A DNA stretch of 32,268 nucleotides from Cyanophora paradoxa CCMP329 (GCA_004431415.1 QPMI01000006.1:1-32268); one strand, 5' to 3'. Numbered from the stretch's first letter, positions 11,448 through 21,632 are shown. Numbers and translations are program-made. Notes: generated from the sequence alone by a model not told the origin.

Positions 11448-13346
11448 CTCCTTCATCAGCCAAGTCTTCCCCGACGCGCTGGGTCTCGGAGCTGGCGCCG
11501 CCGGCGCGGCCACGGCCACGGCCGCGGAGGAGGAGGACGAGGGAGCCGACCCGCGGCTCGCCCTCAACACCTCCGCCAACGCCGGCGGCGCCGCCGGCGC
11601 GGCCGGTGCCGGGGCGGAGCCGGCGGGCCGCGCGCCCCCCGCCCCCGCCTCGACCGGCTGGTTCGGGCTGCGGAGGCGGCGCGCCGGGAAGAAGGACGCG
11701 GGCGAGCAGAAGGAGGGCGGAAAGCCACCGAAAGAAGGAGGCAAGCCCAAGGCGAAGGGGGAGGCGGGTGGGGAGGAGGAGAACGCGACGGCGCGGTTGC
11801 TGCGGGCCCTCCAGACGAAGTACCTCCTCGCCTTCTTCCTCATCGCCGGCATCTCCGCCGCCAACTTCGGTCCGCCCGTCCTCCCCGCCCCGCCCCGCGC
11901 CCCGCTCTCTTACGCCGGTGCGCGCCCCGGCAGGGCTCTGCTACACGTTCATCGACCGGGGCTCGAGCTACGGGACGGAGATTACGTGGAGCGCCAAGGA
12001 GCGCGCCCTCGTCCGCGGTCCGCCGGCGCCCCGCCCCCGCCTAGAGCTAGAGAGTTCTAAGCGGAAATCCGACGTCTCCTTTCCGACGCCTCTCTCCTCC
12101 GACGCCTCCCTCACCCGCGCTCATATTCTAGACCCGGAAATGTAAACGTATACGTAGAGCTGGTTTCCTTGTATTTCAAATTCCGTTCCGTTCTGATCCG
12201 ATCCGATCCGCGCAGAGCTCGTGTTCTACGCGAACGAGCTCATGTACGGGGACGGCGTCGTCGGCGGGCGGGGCGCCGCCCTCGCCGCCTTCGCCGCCCG
12301 CCTCGAGGAGCTCCGCGCCGTCGAGTTCGGGTGCGCCGAAAGCAGAGCAGAGCGGAGCAGGGCAGGGCAGGGCAGGGCAGGGCAGGGCAGGGCTCGCAAT
12401 TGCTGGGCCGTGAAGGCTCTGCTGACGGCTCCGGCCCGCGCCAGGCTGCGCTTCGGGAACGCGAGCATGGGCCTCCCCGGGGACAGCACGCGCTACCCCG
12501 CCCGCTCCCGCATCCTCTACCGTCCGCCCGCCCCTCCCGCCCTCTCGCTTCCGGCGCCGGCGCCGGCGCCGCGCCGGCGCCGACGCGCGCGCGCCACCGC
12601 AGAGGCGCCCTGCGTGTGGGACTCCGCGACGGGCGTCTCGCGGGAGGGCTGCACCCCCGCCGAGATCAGCGAGGGCGCATACGTACGCGTGCGCCCCGCC
12701 CTCCCGCCGCGGCTGACCGTCGGACGACCCTTTGACCTCCGGGGCCCCTCGCAGTACGACTTCGGCGTGACGACTATCCTGCAGGCGCGCGCGGGCAGAT
12801 CTAGAACCGAGCCTACTTCGCCGCAGCCTCCGCTGACCCGGCCCCGCCCCGCCCCGCCCCGCCCCGCCCCGCGCCTCGCCCCGGCGCAGTTCTTCATGGA
12901 GAAGTGCCAGGACGTCTACAAGGAGTTCCGGTGCAGCGTTGAGGCGCGCGCCCCGCCCCTCGTTGGTTTAATTTATTTTAGGAGCGCGCCCCGCCCCGCG
13001 TCGATCTCTCTCGGCCGCCGACTCTCTCCGCTGCAGGACTGCGGGAGGGCGCCGGCGGGGGGCGCCTTCTCCACGACGGACGTGAGTCCGGGGGCCTTCG
13101 ACGCGTCGCGGCGCGTGGACCCCGCCCGCATCGCGGCGCGCACCAAGGTCCTCGACGAGCTCATCAACAGCGTGCGCCCGCGCGCCGCGGCCGCCCCGGC
13201 CCTGCCCAACCCCGCTCGAACTCCAATTTCACAATTTCGTACACAATTGATTTCGCGATTTCGCCGGGCGCGGCCGGCAGCGGCTGGACTCGTCGCTGGT
13301 GAGCGAGCTCGACGCCTTCGTCGACGAGGCCCTCTCCAGCAACGCC
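11448..13346 (+). CDS. Internal exons of a multi-exon membrane protein, TmcB/TmcC-like C-terminal region; split from its last exon
   Basis: Short exons between GT[G/C]CG...CAG introns give LRALQTKYLLAFFLIAGISAANF-GLCYTF...LRFGN..MGL...RLDSSLVSELDAFVDEALSSNA. Family assignment is from remembered pattern similarity only. Confidence 0.6.
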
Positions 13347-13383
13347 GTGCGCCCTTTCACGTAGTATTAGAGGAGCTGGTGCT

Positions 13384-13693
13384 TGTCGCGTGCGGGATTA
13401 GTAGTGAAGCACGCGGGGAGGCTCCCGGTCGAGCGTGGCTCGACGGGGCTCAGTGGATCACGAGGGATCGCTGTCGCTTCTGTAGTATTGCAAGTAACAC
13501 TGTATCCCTAATGAATGATGCGTACCCGGACAGGCCCGGCGTACCCGTAGTAGCTATAATAAGAGGTGGCCGAGGCGTACTGACGCCGACGTCGGCCCTA
13601 GCAGCACGTAGGCTGCACTAGCAACTAGCAGCACGAAGGCTGCACTATCTAGCTCCGCTGAGCTCCGCATGCACGATAATCATGCATGCGACA
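13384..13693 (-). mobile_element. 3' LTR (310 bp) of the same retrotransposon, in inverted orientation
   Basis: Reverse complement of 8777-9086. On the minus strand it is followed by AGCAC (plus GTGCT, 13379-13383) and preceded by a purine tract. Confidence 0.92.
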
Positions 13694-13694
13694 A

Positions 13695-13705
13695 CTCCTC
13701 CACTC
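13695..13705 (-). promoter_or_regulatory. Polypurine tract
   Basis: GAGTGGAGGAG on the minus strand, 1 nt before the TG of the 3' LTR. Confidence 0.7.
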
Positions 13706-15145
13706 GGAAGGCCACGTCCTCGTGGGCTAAGTACCACGGAAATCACTACAAGCAAGCATATTTACAAGGTTTCGCGGCAGGACACTGCCGGGAATAAAAG
13801 ACCGGAAGCCGTATTTACAGAATCGCGAATTTCGCGCACGCCGGCTGCTCGACTGCCGGGAATTGAAAATAGACGAGTGGCCGGCTACTGCCGGGAATTG
13901 AAGAAGACCGCTAGCCGGTTGAGGCTATTTACATCGCAAAACCATCGAATCTCTAACGCAAAGCCAAGAGCTAATCGTATAAATCATTTACCAAATTCTA
14001 AATGTAAAACCGAGTCAAGGGGGCGGCAGCATGCCGCAAATAATCGTCCGTCTCCGGCCCAGGGGGCCAAGGTCAAGCTTCGAGCCGGCGGCTCAGGGAG
14101 ATGAGGAATTGGTTTGTACATTGGATGTCTTTCCACAGCGGGCTTTCGCCCAGATGCCATGCAAGCCCCGCGAGAGCACGCCGCAGATGCGCACGCAAGG
14201 AGCAGCGCGGGGCGACACGGCGCGCAAGGCAGCGCACGGCCCCCTCCGGTGTGCCCCTCAACCGCGACGCGGTCGAGTGACCCAAGTGCGAGCTGCGCTG
14301 AGCTCCACCCAGGCGAGCACCCCTTAGGCTCTCGCAGTGGTGAAGTACAGGCGATCGGATCGGCGGGGATTCAACCGTGCCGACGAGGGTAGAGCCGGCT
14401 TTGGGACCGGGTACGGTACCGCTCACAAGAGTGCATTCCGGTTTTGCCGCACGCGGCGCCGAGCACCCCTGCCCGAGCCCGTGACTTCCATCTAGGAGAG
14501 AAGAGCCAGCACCGAGCGTCCCCGATGTGGATTCTCATGCATGAGAGACGTTGAGCTCTCGTCGTCGCGCACGGGCCTTGAGCCGGCCGACCGCCCATTC
14601 ACTGGGACTTTGATTCAAGATAGGCCTAGGGGTCGTCAAGCCCCAGGGGTCGTCAAGCCCCGTTGCGCCGTTCTCGCGATCGTCAGGAACGCGCCAGGAT
14701 CGGGGTCGTCGAGCCCCGCCGCTCACTACGGGCGGAGGGCAAGTCTGCCCGTCGCGTCGCTCGACGCCGAGTCGAAGCGCGCCGCCTGGATGCCAACTGA
14801 ACGGGCGTCCCCAGGACTTCATTCGCTCACAATGGGCGGGGCGATAATGCCCGTCACGCGCTCGGCTCGGGGCCGCAGCGCGCCGCCTGGATGCCAACTC
14901 GGCGGGCGTTACCAGGACTTGAATTCAATTGCAATGAATTCATAATTGCCGGGCTCGCAATGGAGCCGTCGCTGCGCCAGGCTCGGGGCCAGTGCCAGCG
15001 GCCTGACCGTCTCGCGGAGCGCGCCGCGGGCCAGGACTTTGCTTCGGGCTCGAGCTTTCGAGGGCACCATGGCCTCAGGCTCGCCCTTCTTTGGAGCTCG
15101 GAGGCTCACGAATTTTGCAGGGGCTCGAGAGGCCGCCTGTCAAGC

Positions 15146-15509
15146 TCAACGCGCGGCCAAGCGCTGGGCCGGCCACGTGCACGGGCGTCTCGCGATCGCC
15201 TCGGGCGTCGAGCTTTCTTTTACACATGACTGCCGCGAAGCCGTGGCGGCGGCGGCCGCCGCCGCGAATCTTTCGAAGGCTCTGCGAATCTCGCGGACGA
15301 CCCGTCGCGCCCACGGCGGGCCGCGCCCGCACTCCTCCAGGGCCAGGTGGAGCGCATGCGCCCTCATCTCGAGCTGGGCGCGCGGATGAACACGACATTA
15401 GAGCAGTAGCTCGAGACAATGGTACAACGAAATGACAAAATTAGAATGATCATGATCGACGTCAGACCTTCTTGGCGTGGTCGGCGAAATAGTCGAAGCG
15501 CGAGACACA
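15146..15509 (-). pseudogene. 3' fragment paralogous to the gene at 4515-6038, cut off at the AT-rich insertion
   Basis: ~15245-15509 aligns with ~4530-4777 (ALHLALEECGRGPPWARRVVREIRRAFE; GGCGAAATAGTCGAAGCGCGA). Similarity stops where the splice acceptor should be. Confidence 0.7.
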
Positions 15510-15599
15510 TATTGAAAAACGAATTTAAATCCCTCGTTCATCTCGATCGCTTCGCGATCTCGATTCACTCTGGATTTAAATTCGTTTTTCAATATGTGT
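15505..15599. repeat. Perfect 28-bp inverted repeat with 39-nt loop
   Basis: ACACATATTGAAAAACGAATTTAAATCC (15505-15532) and its exact reverse complement (15572-15599); the loop contains GATCGC-TTC-GCGATC. Confidence 0.93.
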
Positions 15600-15921
15600 T
15601 AATTTAACTACTAAAATACATATTTATCGATTAATTTCTTTAACTTTTTATGCAAACTTTGTATAAATTAATGCAAACTTTGTATTAAAAAATGATAAAC
15701 GCGTTTAATTTAATGCATATTCACGATTGATTCGATCGATATTATATCGATATATTATGTTCTTTGTCGATTACATATATAACTTCGATTGATTAACATT
15801 AAACTACTTAAAGAACGATATAATCGCGATTAATTCGCATAAATTCGCATAAATTCGCATAAACTCGATATATCTCTCTGGTATTGAAGTAGACCACCGC
15901 CCATTCTGTATCGAAAAACGC

Positions 15922-16390
15922 AAAAAGTGTCACAGAGTTGCATCATGTCCAATTAAACAATCGATGGAATTGCGGATTTACATTTTTGCACCGAAAAAGT
16001 GTCACAGAGTTGCATTATGTCCAATTAAACAATCGATCAGATTGCGGGATTTTCTATTGGAATATATCGGAACTGCATCACGTCCAATTAAACAATCGAT
16101 GGAATTGCGGATTTACATTTTTGCACCGAAAAAGTGTCACAGAGTTGCATCATGTCCAATTAAACAATCGATGGAATTGCGGATTTACATTTTTGCACCG
16201 AAAAAGTGTCACAGAGTTGCATTATGTCCAATTAAACAATCGATCAGATTGCGGGATTTTCTATTGGAATATATCGGAACTGCATCACGTCCAATTAAAC
16301 AATCGATGGAATTGCGGATTTACATTTTTGCACCGAAAAAGTGTCACAGAGTTGCATGGTCTCCAATTGAACAATCGATTAGATTGCATA
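15922..16390. repeat. Subterminal tandem array of 72- and 63-bp units (207-bp higher-order unit)
   Basis: Core TCCAATT(A/G)AACAATCGAT at 15948, 16020, 16083, 16155, 16227, 16290, 16362; AAAAAGTGTCACAGAG at 15922, 15994, 16129, 16201, 16336. Confidence 0.95.
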
Positions 16391-16499
16391 TGTTCTATAA
16401 AACAGAATAATTGAGATCAAGTGTGACAGGTAGTATTCAAATGATATTCAGTAAGAGATAGTTTTGTTTTTGAGAAAGTCAGTAAGAGGGTGGAATGTC

Positions 16500-16624
16500 T
16501 GTGACGCCTGTGACGGCTGTGACGCCTGTTTTCAGAAGTCTGTCATTTTTGAAAATTTTAAAAAGTTTGAAAGTAGGTGTCACAGGCGTCACAGGCGTCA
16601 CACTCAATTAAATTAGGTGTCACA
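16500..16624. repeat. Inverted 9-mer module, copy 1 (candidate origin)
   Basis: TGTGACG(C/G)C x3 (16500-16526), 49-bp AT-rich spacer, GG(T/C)GTCACA x3 (16576-16602), extra 9-mer at 16616. Confidence 0.9.
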
Positions 16625-16790
16625 GCGAAATTGCAGACCATTTCCAGTAAGACAACTTCGCATTTTCGGAAAGGTGGATTAATGGATAGTGTTTTGTAGG
16701 TGTCAGAGGTGTCACAAGACGGATTTCAGTAAGACAAGAATATATTTTTGAATATCTCAGTAAGAGAAAGAGATTCCATTTTTAATTGGG

Positions 16791-16935
16791 TGTGACGCCT
16801 GTGACGGCTGTGACGGCTGTTTTAAGAAGTCTGTCATTTTTGAAAATTTTAAAAAGTTTGAAAGTAGGCGTCACAGGCGTCACAGGCGTCACAGTCAATT
16901 AAAGAGGCGTCACAGTCAATTAAATAGGTGTCACA
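16791..16935. repeat. Inverted 9-mer module, copy 2 (candidate origin)
   Basis: 9-mer x3 (16791-16817), 49-bp spacer, inverted 9-mer x3 (16867-16893), extras at 16906 and 16927; 291 bp after copy 1. Confidence 0.9.
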
Positions 16936-17137
16936 CCCGATTATCTGACCATTTTCAGTAAGACCATCTGAAATTCTGAATTTCTCAGTGTCAACTAACT
17001 CGGAAATCGCAATACTCTATGTTTCTCCGATTTCTCCAACCCTGAAAACACACCTGTTATTCTCTCATCTATCTCATGAGATACTCTCGTTTCGCCAAAA
17101 AATGACAAACGATTTCCCATCATGCTGTAAAGGAAAC

Positions 17138-17404
17138 ATGCCGATTAACCAGCAATATCACAATTTCCATGGGACTTACATCTTGATTGTGAAAAGAATA
17201 CAAGATCATTATGAGATCTTTCAAGAGATGGGATTGCGAATTACAAGGAGATCAACTCTTTGTAGATTCTTGAAAAAGAATGGTGCTAAATGGGATAAGA
17301 CAATTCGCCGATGGTATACAGAAGATCGAAAGAGTCCCATTCTTAATATTTTCGAGACAGATGGGGAGTTCTTCTATCAGGATCGGTTTAATCATTACCA
17401 ATAG
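17138..17404 (+). CDS. Small protein with DUF5710-like motif
   Basis: FLKKNGAKWDKTIRRWY resembles the K..GARWD...K.WY signature. Start placed at the ATG-CCG downstream of the CAAAAAATGACAA motif; 17102 is an alternative. Confidence 0.55.
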   Translation: MPINQQYHNFHGTYILIVKRIQDHYEIFQEMGLRITRRSTLCRFLKKNGAKWDKTIRRWYTEDRKSPILNIFETDGEFFYQDRFNHYQ

Positions 17405-18320
17405 CCAAGAACTCTAACTGGAATGAGTTGTCAATTCCATTCATATCTACAAGATCACCATAATAATCGCGAAACTCAACTGTTAACTCTCTAATCACAA
17501 GGTTTCGATCGGTTATTTTTATGTATTCACTGTGCTCTCCACTGTGATAAACATACTGTCCAATATCTTTACTTAATTGCAATCTGAGAATCGCTCCTTG
17601 ATTCTGTGGTTGAGATTGTGGGACAATATTGTGGTTTGTAGCAAATGGGGAGAGTTCTTTAATGTGCATGTACAAGTACTGTTCTGCATTCATATCTGTC
17701 ATCTTGGCTGCTTCTAATTTGTAGTTTAAGCGAGATGCCTCGAATTCATATCCTGTGAATGTTATTCCCCATTGGGGATGGTTTGGGGTGATTGGTACTC
17801 CTGCAAAATATAGGAAATTCTCTGGGGCATATAAAGACCTTGCAGACTCTGGGAAATCGTAAATCTGTTCAGTGGAAGCCACCCACTCCACTGAACTCAC
17901 ACCAAGAAGTTTACCCAATCTCTGTGTAGATGCAACCATATCGAATTGAACATTACTGTAAAACTCCAATTTGTAGGAGGTAGGGTTGTAGTAGACCTTG
18001 AATGCATATGTGAGATTGTTGATCCCAGTAAAGGTGAAATTCAGACCATAATTATATGGACTGGTGACCCCGAAATGACCTTGATTTATGTAACCACTTG
18101 GGAGAAGGTAGACCTGCTTGGTTTCAGAGATGCCTTGGTAGTAGAATCTGACAAGAAGGTGGTCTGTTCCAATGGAGTTATAGATGCTGTTGGGGATCTC
18201 TGCATACAAAACTCGACATTCTCTTGGTTTGGTCACTGGGGTTGTGAGTGAAACCTTGTAGGAGTTTTCTATTTGTCCATCTGATCGGTCTCTGCTATCT
18301 ATATTGACCAGCCGAATCAT
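17388..18320 (-). CDS. Minor capsid (penton-like, single jelly-roll) protein 1
   Basis: N-terminal VNIDSRDR...AEIPNSIYN, then YLYMHIKEL and C-terminal LTVEFRDYYGDLVDMNGIDNSFQLEF, the pattern of PLV/NCLDV penton-like proteins; located near the MCP. Confidence 0.8.
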   Translation of the reverse strand: MIRLVNIDSRDRSDGQIENSYKVSLTTPVTKPRECRVLYAEIPNSIYNSIGTDHLLVRFYYQGISETKQVYLLPSGYINQGHFGVTSPYNYGLNFTFTGINNLTYAFKVYYNPTSYKLEFYSNVQFDMVASTQRLGKLLGVSSVEWVASTEQIYDFPESARSLYAPENFLYFAGVPITPNHPQWGITFTGYEFEASRLNYKLEAAKMTDMNAEQYLYMHIKELSPFATNHNIVPQSQPQNQGAILRLQLSKDIGQYVYHSGEHSEYIKITDRNLVIRELTVEFRDYYGDLVDMNGIDNSFQLEFLAIGND

Positions 18321-18348
18321 TTTAATATATGTTTATAGATAAAAGAAG

Positions 18349-19359
18349 ATGCCTGTGGATTACATTGAAGTGAGCTCTTTCAATACAATTTCGGGAGATG
18401 GACCTACTTCGAGTTTTATTGCTCGCCTCCCCAGCACATATGAATTTGTGAGAGCAGTAAGACTGGTCTCAGCAGAATTCTATAACAGCATTCCCATGGT
18501 GAGTGGTGAAACCAAACCAGGAGATGTGACAATTGATAATGCAATCTACCTTTATTGGTCTGAATATCTTTCTGGTGCAGGAAGCACTGGTATTCCAACT
18601 GATCGACCTGCTGCTGATTATGAATCATGGAAACACATTGTGATAAGTCGCAGCACACCCATTCAAAACCACCAACAACTGGTGAATGTAATTAACTCCA
18701 AACTTGCATTGAGAGAACCAGCAGTAGCTATTCGTTGCAAATGGGATGATACACTGAAACGAGTTATATTCCATTCAACCATACCGTTTTACCTGGCTTT
18801 CTCAACCGCAATTAACCCAACCCAGGCACAAATTCAGAGATTTTTGAGTTCTGCTCGACTGCTTGGTCTTGATCCTGGGAGATATGGTAACACACCAATC
18901 CAATCACAGGTGTACAATACTCTTACTGATGGTATCTTCACTGGGTCGATGGTGCATGGTATTATATCTTCATTTGAACCTGAAAAGACCAGGGATAGTG
19001 TTCTGTTTGTGAGAGTAAAGGAGCTGGGTGATCTTGTGCAATGTGGTGATGGTCTCCTCACTGGATATTTCCACAAAATCGTGGTTCCTGATAAAGATTA
19101 TGGTGAGCATGTCGTTTATAATTCGACAGAAGCCCATCCGATTTATAAATACTATAACAAGAATCTGGGACTCTCCACATTTTCGGTTGATATTGTGAAT
19201 GCGATTAATGAACCAATTGATTTCGAGGGTCAACCTGTGCACCTCACCTTCGAAATTCGATATGGTGATGAACCTGCTGGTGATCCTGTGTACGAATACT
19301 TCAAGAGGAGAATGGCGGAAACCCATCCATCTTATCCTGTAATTGCGAATTTTGCGTAA
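18349..19359 (+). CDS. Minor capsid (penton-like) protein 2
   Basis: Same motif order: IEVSS...VRLVSAEFYNSIP, LFVRVKEL, FSVDIVNAINEPIDFEGQPVHLTFEI. Confidence 0.75.
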   Translation: MPVDYIEVSSFNTISGDGPTSSFIARLPSTYEFVRAVRLVSAEFYNSIPMVSGETKPGDVTIDNAIYLYWSEYLSGAGSTGIPTDRPAADYESWKHIVISRSTPIQNHQQLVNVINSKLALREPAVAIRCKWDDTLKRVIFHSTIPFYLAFSTAINPTQAQIQRFLSSARLLGLDPGRYGNTPIQSQVYNTLTDGIFTGSMVHGIISSFEPEKTRDSVLFVRVKELGDLVQCGDGLLTGYFHKIVVPDKDYGEHVVYNSTEAHPIYKYYNKNLGLSTFSVDIVNAINEPIDFEGQPVHLTFEIRYGDEPAGDPVYEYFKRRMAETHPSYPVIANFA

Positions 19360-19413
19360 AATCAAGGATCATTGGTGAATTTTTTATGTTGCAGTATAAT
19401 AAAAGAGATAATC

Positions 19414-20787
19414 ATGGATATTACTTCGACCCTCCAACGTCTTTCTCTGAAAGAAGCTCTAACAACCCCGGAAGAAGCCAAGGCGTTCTTCTTGGACAAC
19501 TCTCTCATGCTTGGTCTTGAATCCAAGTCGAAGCCAGTTCTTGTTGTTGTGAACCCAAGCAACACTTTCGAGAATAATGCTGGAAATCGCATTTCTTTCA
19601 AGCTCCCTCGCTACAATTTCTGTGGAAAACTCGAACTTGCGTTTGACCTTCCAGCTGTCACTTTTGCTGGTGATACCGACCTTGTTCGCAATGGATACGT
19701 TCGCCCAGTTGGTGCTCTTGTCTCTCGACTTGAAATCACCTATGGATCTTACACCTTCCATGTGCCTTCTGATTTCCTTGCTCATTTCCCTCTTATCTAT
19801 TACAGTGAGGATCAACTCGCCAAGAAGAAGCGTTCAATGGGAATGGTTCATGGTATCCCTGCCCATGGAACCAACCGACTTGGTGGGTCATTTTTCACTG
19901 AAATCCCAGTCCCATGGCTAAACCACTACCTACCTCTTGGTGCTCTCTCAGGAGAAATGGTGGTAACTGTCTGGTTCAAGGATGCTGGAAAGGGTTATGT
20001 TGAGACTTCTTATGGTGGTCGTGCTCTTCCTGTTGTTGGTGGAACAGCTGCTGATAAGACAGAGGATGATGGACTTGGTGCTACTGCTAATGCTACTCTT
20101 GCCCATGTTGGTCAACAAATCACCACTTTTGGAATTGGTGCAACAACAACCCCCGAAATTAAAGTCACTTCTCCTCGTCTTTACATGCATGCTATTAATG
20201 TTTCTGATGAACTGTTTGCTACTGTCATTGAGAAGGTGAAGACCACTGGTATGGCTATTCCTGCTCTGGATATTGGTTTTGTTGACAGTGTCAATTTTGC
20301 TGCAAAAGGAAATGCTCAACCAAATCGTATTAACCTGTCACAGATCTCTGGTCTTGTCTATGGTCTTCTTGTTTCAGTTCGTGATGCCGCAGGTATTGAT
20401 GGTTTCAATGGTTCCCACAGTGTCCTAAAAACGCATGCTAACTCAAAAGACATCACTTTCACTGTTGAAATTAATGGTCAACGTCTCTATGCTACTGAGC
20501 CCATCCCTCTTCTCAAAGGTGCCGAATTAATTGCGGATGCCTTCAAGTGCTCAAATATGGACAAGGTTGCAGACAAATATGTCCTCAGTGGTCTACCATT
20601 CTGTGTTGATGGAGAGAAAGCGATTCGCAACATTGCCCAGTCTGGCTATGTTGATCTCACGAACTCCTCCTCCTCTTTCCTCACTCTATACATGCCTTCT
20701 GACCAGACAATCACTGTTAATGTTCGTGCTCTCATGCACAGTTTCATTATAGTCGATAAGGACGGCCTGAGGCGAATCAATCTGTAA
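19414..20787 (+). CDS. Major capsid protein (double jelly-roll)
   Basis: 457 aa, beta-rich; G..ISFKLPR...LELAFDLP, Y...VGALVSRLEI and IPVPW..YLPLGAL...VTVWF follow the DJR-MCP N-domain pattern; lies between penton and ATPase genes. Confidence 0.82.
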   Translation: MDITSTLQRLSLKEALTTPEEAKAFFLDNSLMLGLESKSKPVLVVVNPSNTFENNAGNRISFKLPRYNFCGKLELAFDLPAVTFAGDTDLVRNGYVRPVGALVSRLEITYGSYTFHVPSDFLAHFPLIYYSEDQLAKKKRSMGMVHGIPAHGTNRLGGSFFTEIPVPWLNHYLPLGALSGEMVVTVWFKDAGKGYVETSYGGRALPVVGGTAADKTEDDGLGATANATLAHVGQQITTFGIGATTTPEIKVTSPRLYMHAINVSDELFATVIEKVKTTGMAIPALDIGFVDSVNFAAKGNAQPNRINLSQISGLVYGLLVSVRDAAGIDGFNGSHSVLKTHANSKDITFTVEINGQRLYATEPIPLLKGAELIADAFKCSNMDKVADKYVLSGLPFCVDGEKAIRNIAQSGYVDLTNSSSSFLTLYMPSDQTITVNVRALMHSFIIVDKDGLRRINL

Positions 20788-20849
20788 AACCATTATCAGT
20801 AACGTTTCGTTATTTTTATCTATCTTTAATAAGAAAGATCTACAAAGCC

Positions 20850-21632
20850 ATGAACGATTTAGAGGAGTTTAATGCAGGTGAAATGATTAACCCACCATTT
20901 CGTGCTCTTTTCATAGGAAAGTCTGCAACAGGTAAGTCAGAATGTGTGAAATATTGGTTGAAACAGCTGCATGATGCGAAAAAGATTGATACTGTTCTTG
21001 TTGTGAGTGGGACGTCCTTCAATCATTTCTGGGATGCAGTTGCAACATTGCAACTCGGTAAATGGGATGCTGCTTATATTTCCAAATTACTGGATGAAAG
21101 GCAGGAGAAAATCGAAAAAGGGGAACCTGTGAATCAAATGTGTATTGTCCTTGATGATTTAATAGATAATGAGTTAGTCGATTTAACTCGCGATAAAATT
21201 GTTGGCTCTGTTTTCAATAGGGGGCGCCATGCGATGGTGTCCTGTGTCTGCATAACTCAGAAATTGCGTAAGGTTTCTTCAACAATTCGAGTAAATTCGG
21301 ATTATGCTGTGTTTCTGAGTGCTGCTAATCGCAAAGAACTCGAAGCCATTGAAGAGGAGTACAATATCATGCGAAACAAGGACGATTTCTATAAGATGTT
21401 TGAGGAGTATGTACACTCCTACCAATATATTGTGTGGTCTTCTGCGAATTATTCGGTGAACTATTATGTTGATAAAGCGGATCTGGTCAAAGATTTCGCA
21501 TTTCCTCGGTTCCACAGGAAGCCCAAAAAGAAAGAAGATGAACTACCATCTCCACAGAAAGAGGAAGCACCCAAGGAGGTAAAGAGTGGTGTTCATTCAA
21601 ACAAACTGATGCGATATAAGAGAGGATTGTAA
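20850..21632 (+). CDS. A32-like (FtsK-HerA) genome-packaging ATPase
   Basis: Walker A GKSATGKS, Walker B CIVLDD, RGRH, ITQ and IRVN motifs. Confidence 0.95.
   Translation: MNDLEEFNAGEMINPPFRALFIGKSATGKSECVKYWLKQLHDAKKIDTVLVVSGTSFNHFWDAVATLQLGKWDAAYISKLLDERQEKIEKGEPVNQMCIVLDDLIDNELVDLTRDKIVGSVFNRGRHAMVSCVCITQKLRKVSSTIRVNSDYAVFLSAANRKELEAIEEEYNIMRNKDDFYKMFEEYVHSYQYIVWSSANYSVNYYVDKADLVKDFAFPRFHRKPKKKEDELPSPQKEEAPKEVKSGVHSNKLMRYKRGL

Noticed and set aside
12221-13621. Single 466-aa protein
   Set aside because: The ORF reads through several introns and into the LTR; only parts are real exons.
8777-13693. DNA transposon with 310-bp terminal inverted repeats
   Set aside because: TG...CA ends, PBS, PPT, gag and the position of the TSD on the inner side of the second copy identify LTRs; the outer flanks (AGCAC versus ACTCC) do not match.
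10889-14528. Inverted microhomology ACGTCGGGGACG / CGTCCCCGATGT as exact inversion breakpoints
   Set aside because: Only 9 contiguous matching bases in GC-rich DNA; plausible by chance, so kept only as a place to look.
15922-16390. CRISPR-like array (repeated core with ~45-55-bp intervals)
   Set aside because: The intervals are themselves repeated copies of two types rather than unique spacers, and no cas genes are present.
15938-16414. Repeat-protein ORFs in two frames
   Set aside because: Unit lengths of 72 and 63 are multiples of 3, so stop-free frames propagate automatically; there is no independent coding signal.
19414-20787. Virophage (Mavirus-like) assignment based on pPolB + rve + helicase
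   Set aside because: The MCP is shorter than typical virophage MCPs and has a PLV/NCLDV-like N-terminal pattern; no virophage cysteine protease is seen in the window.
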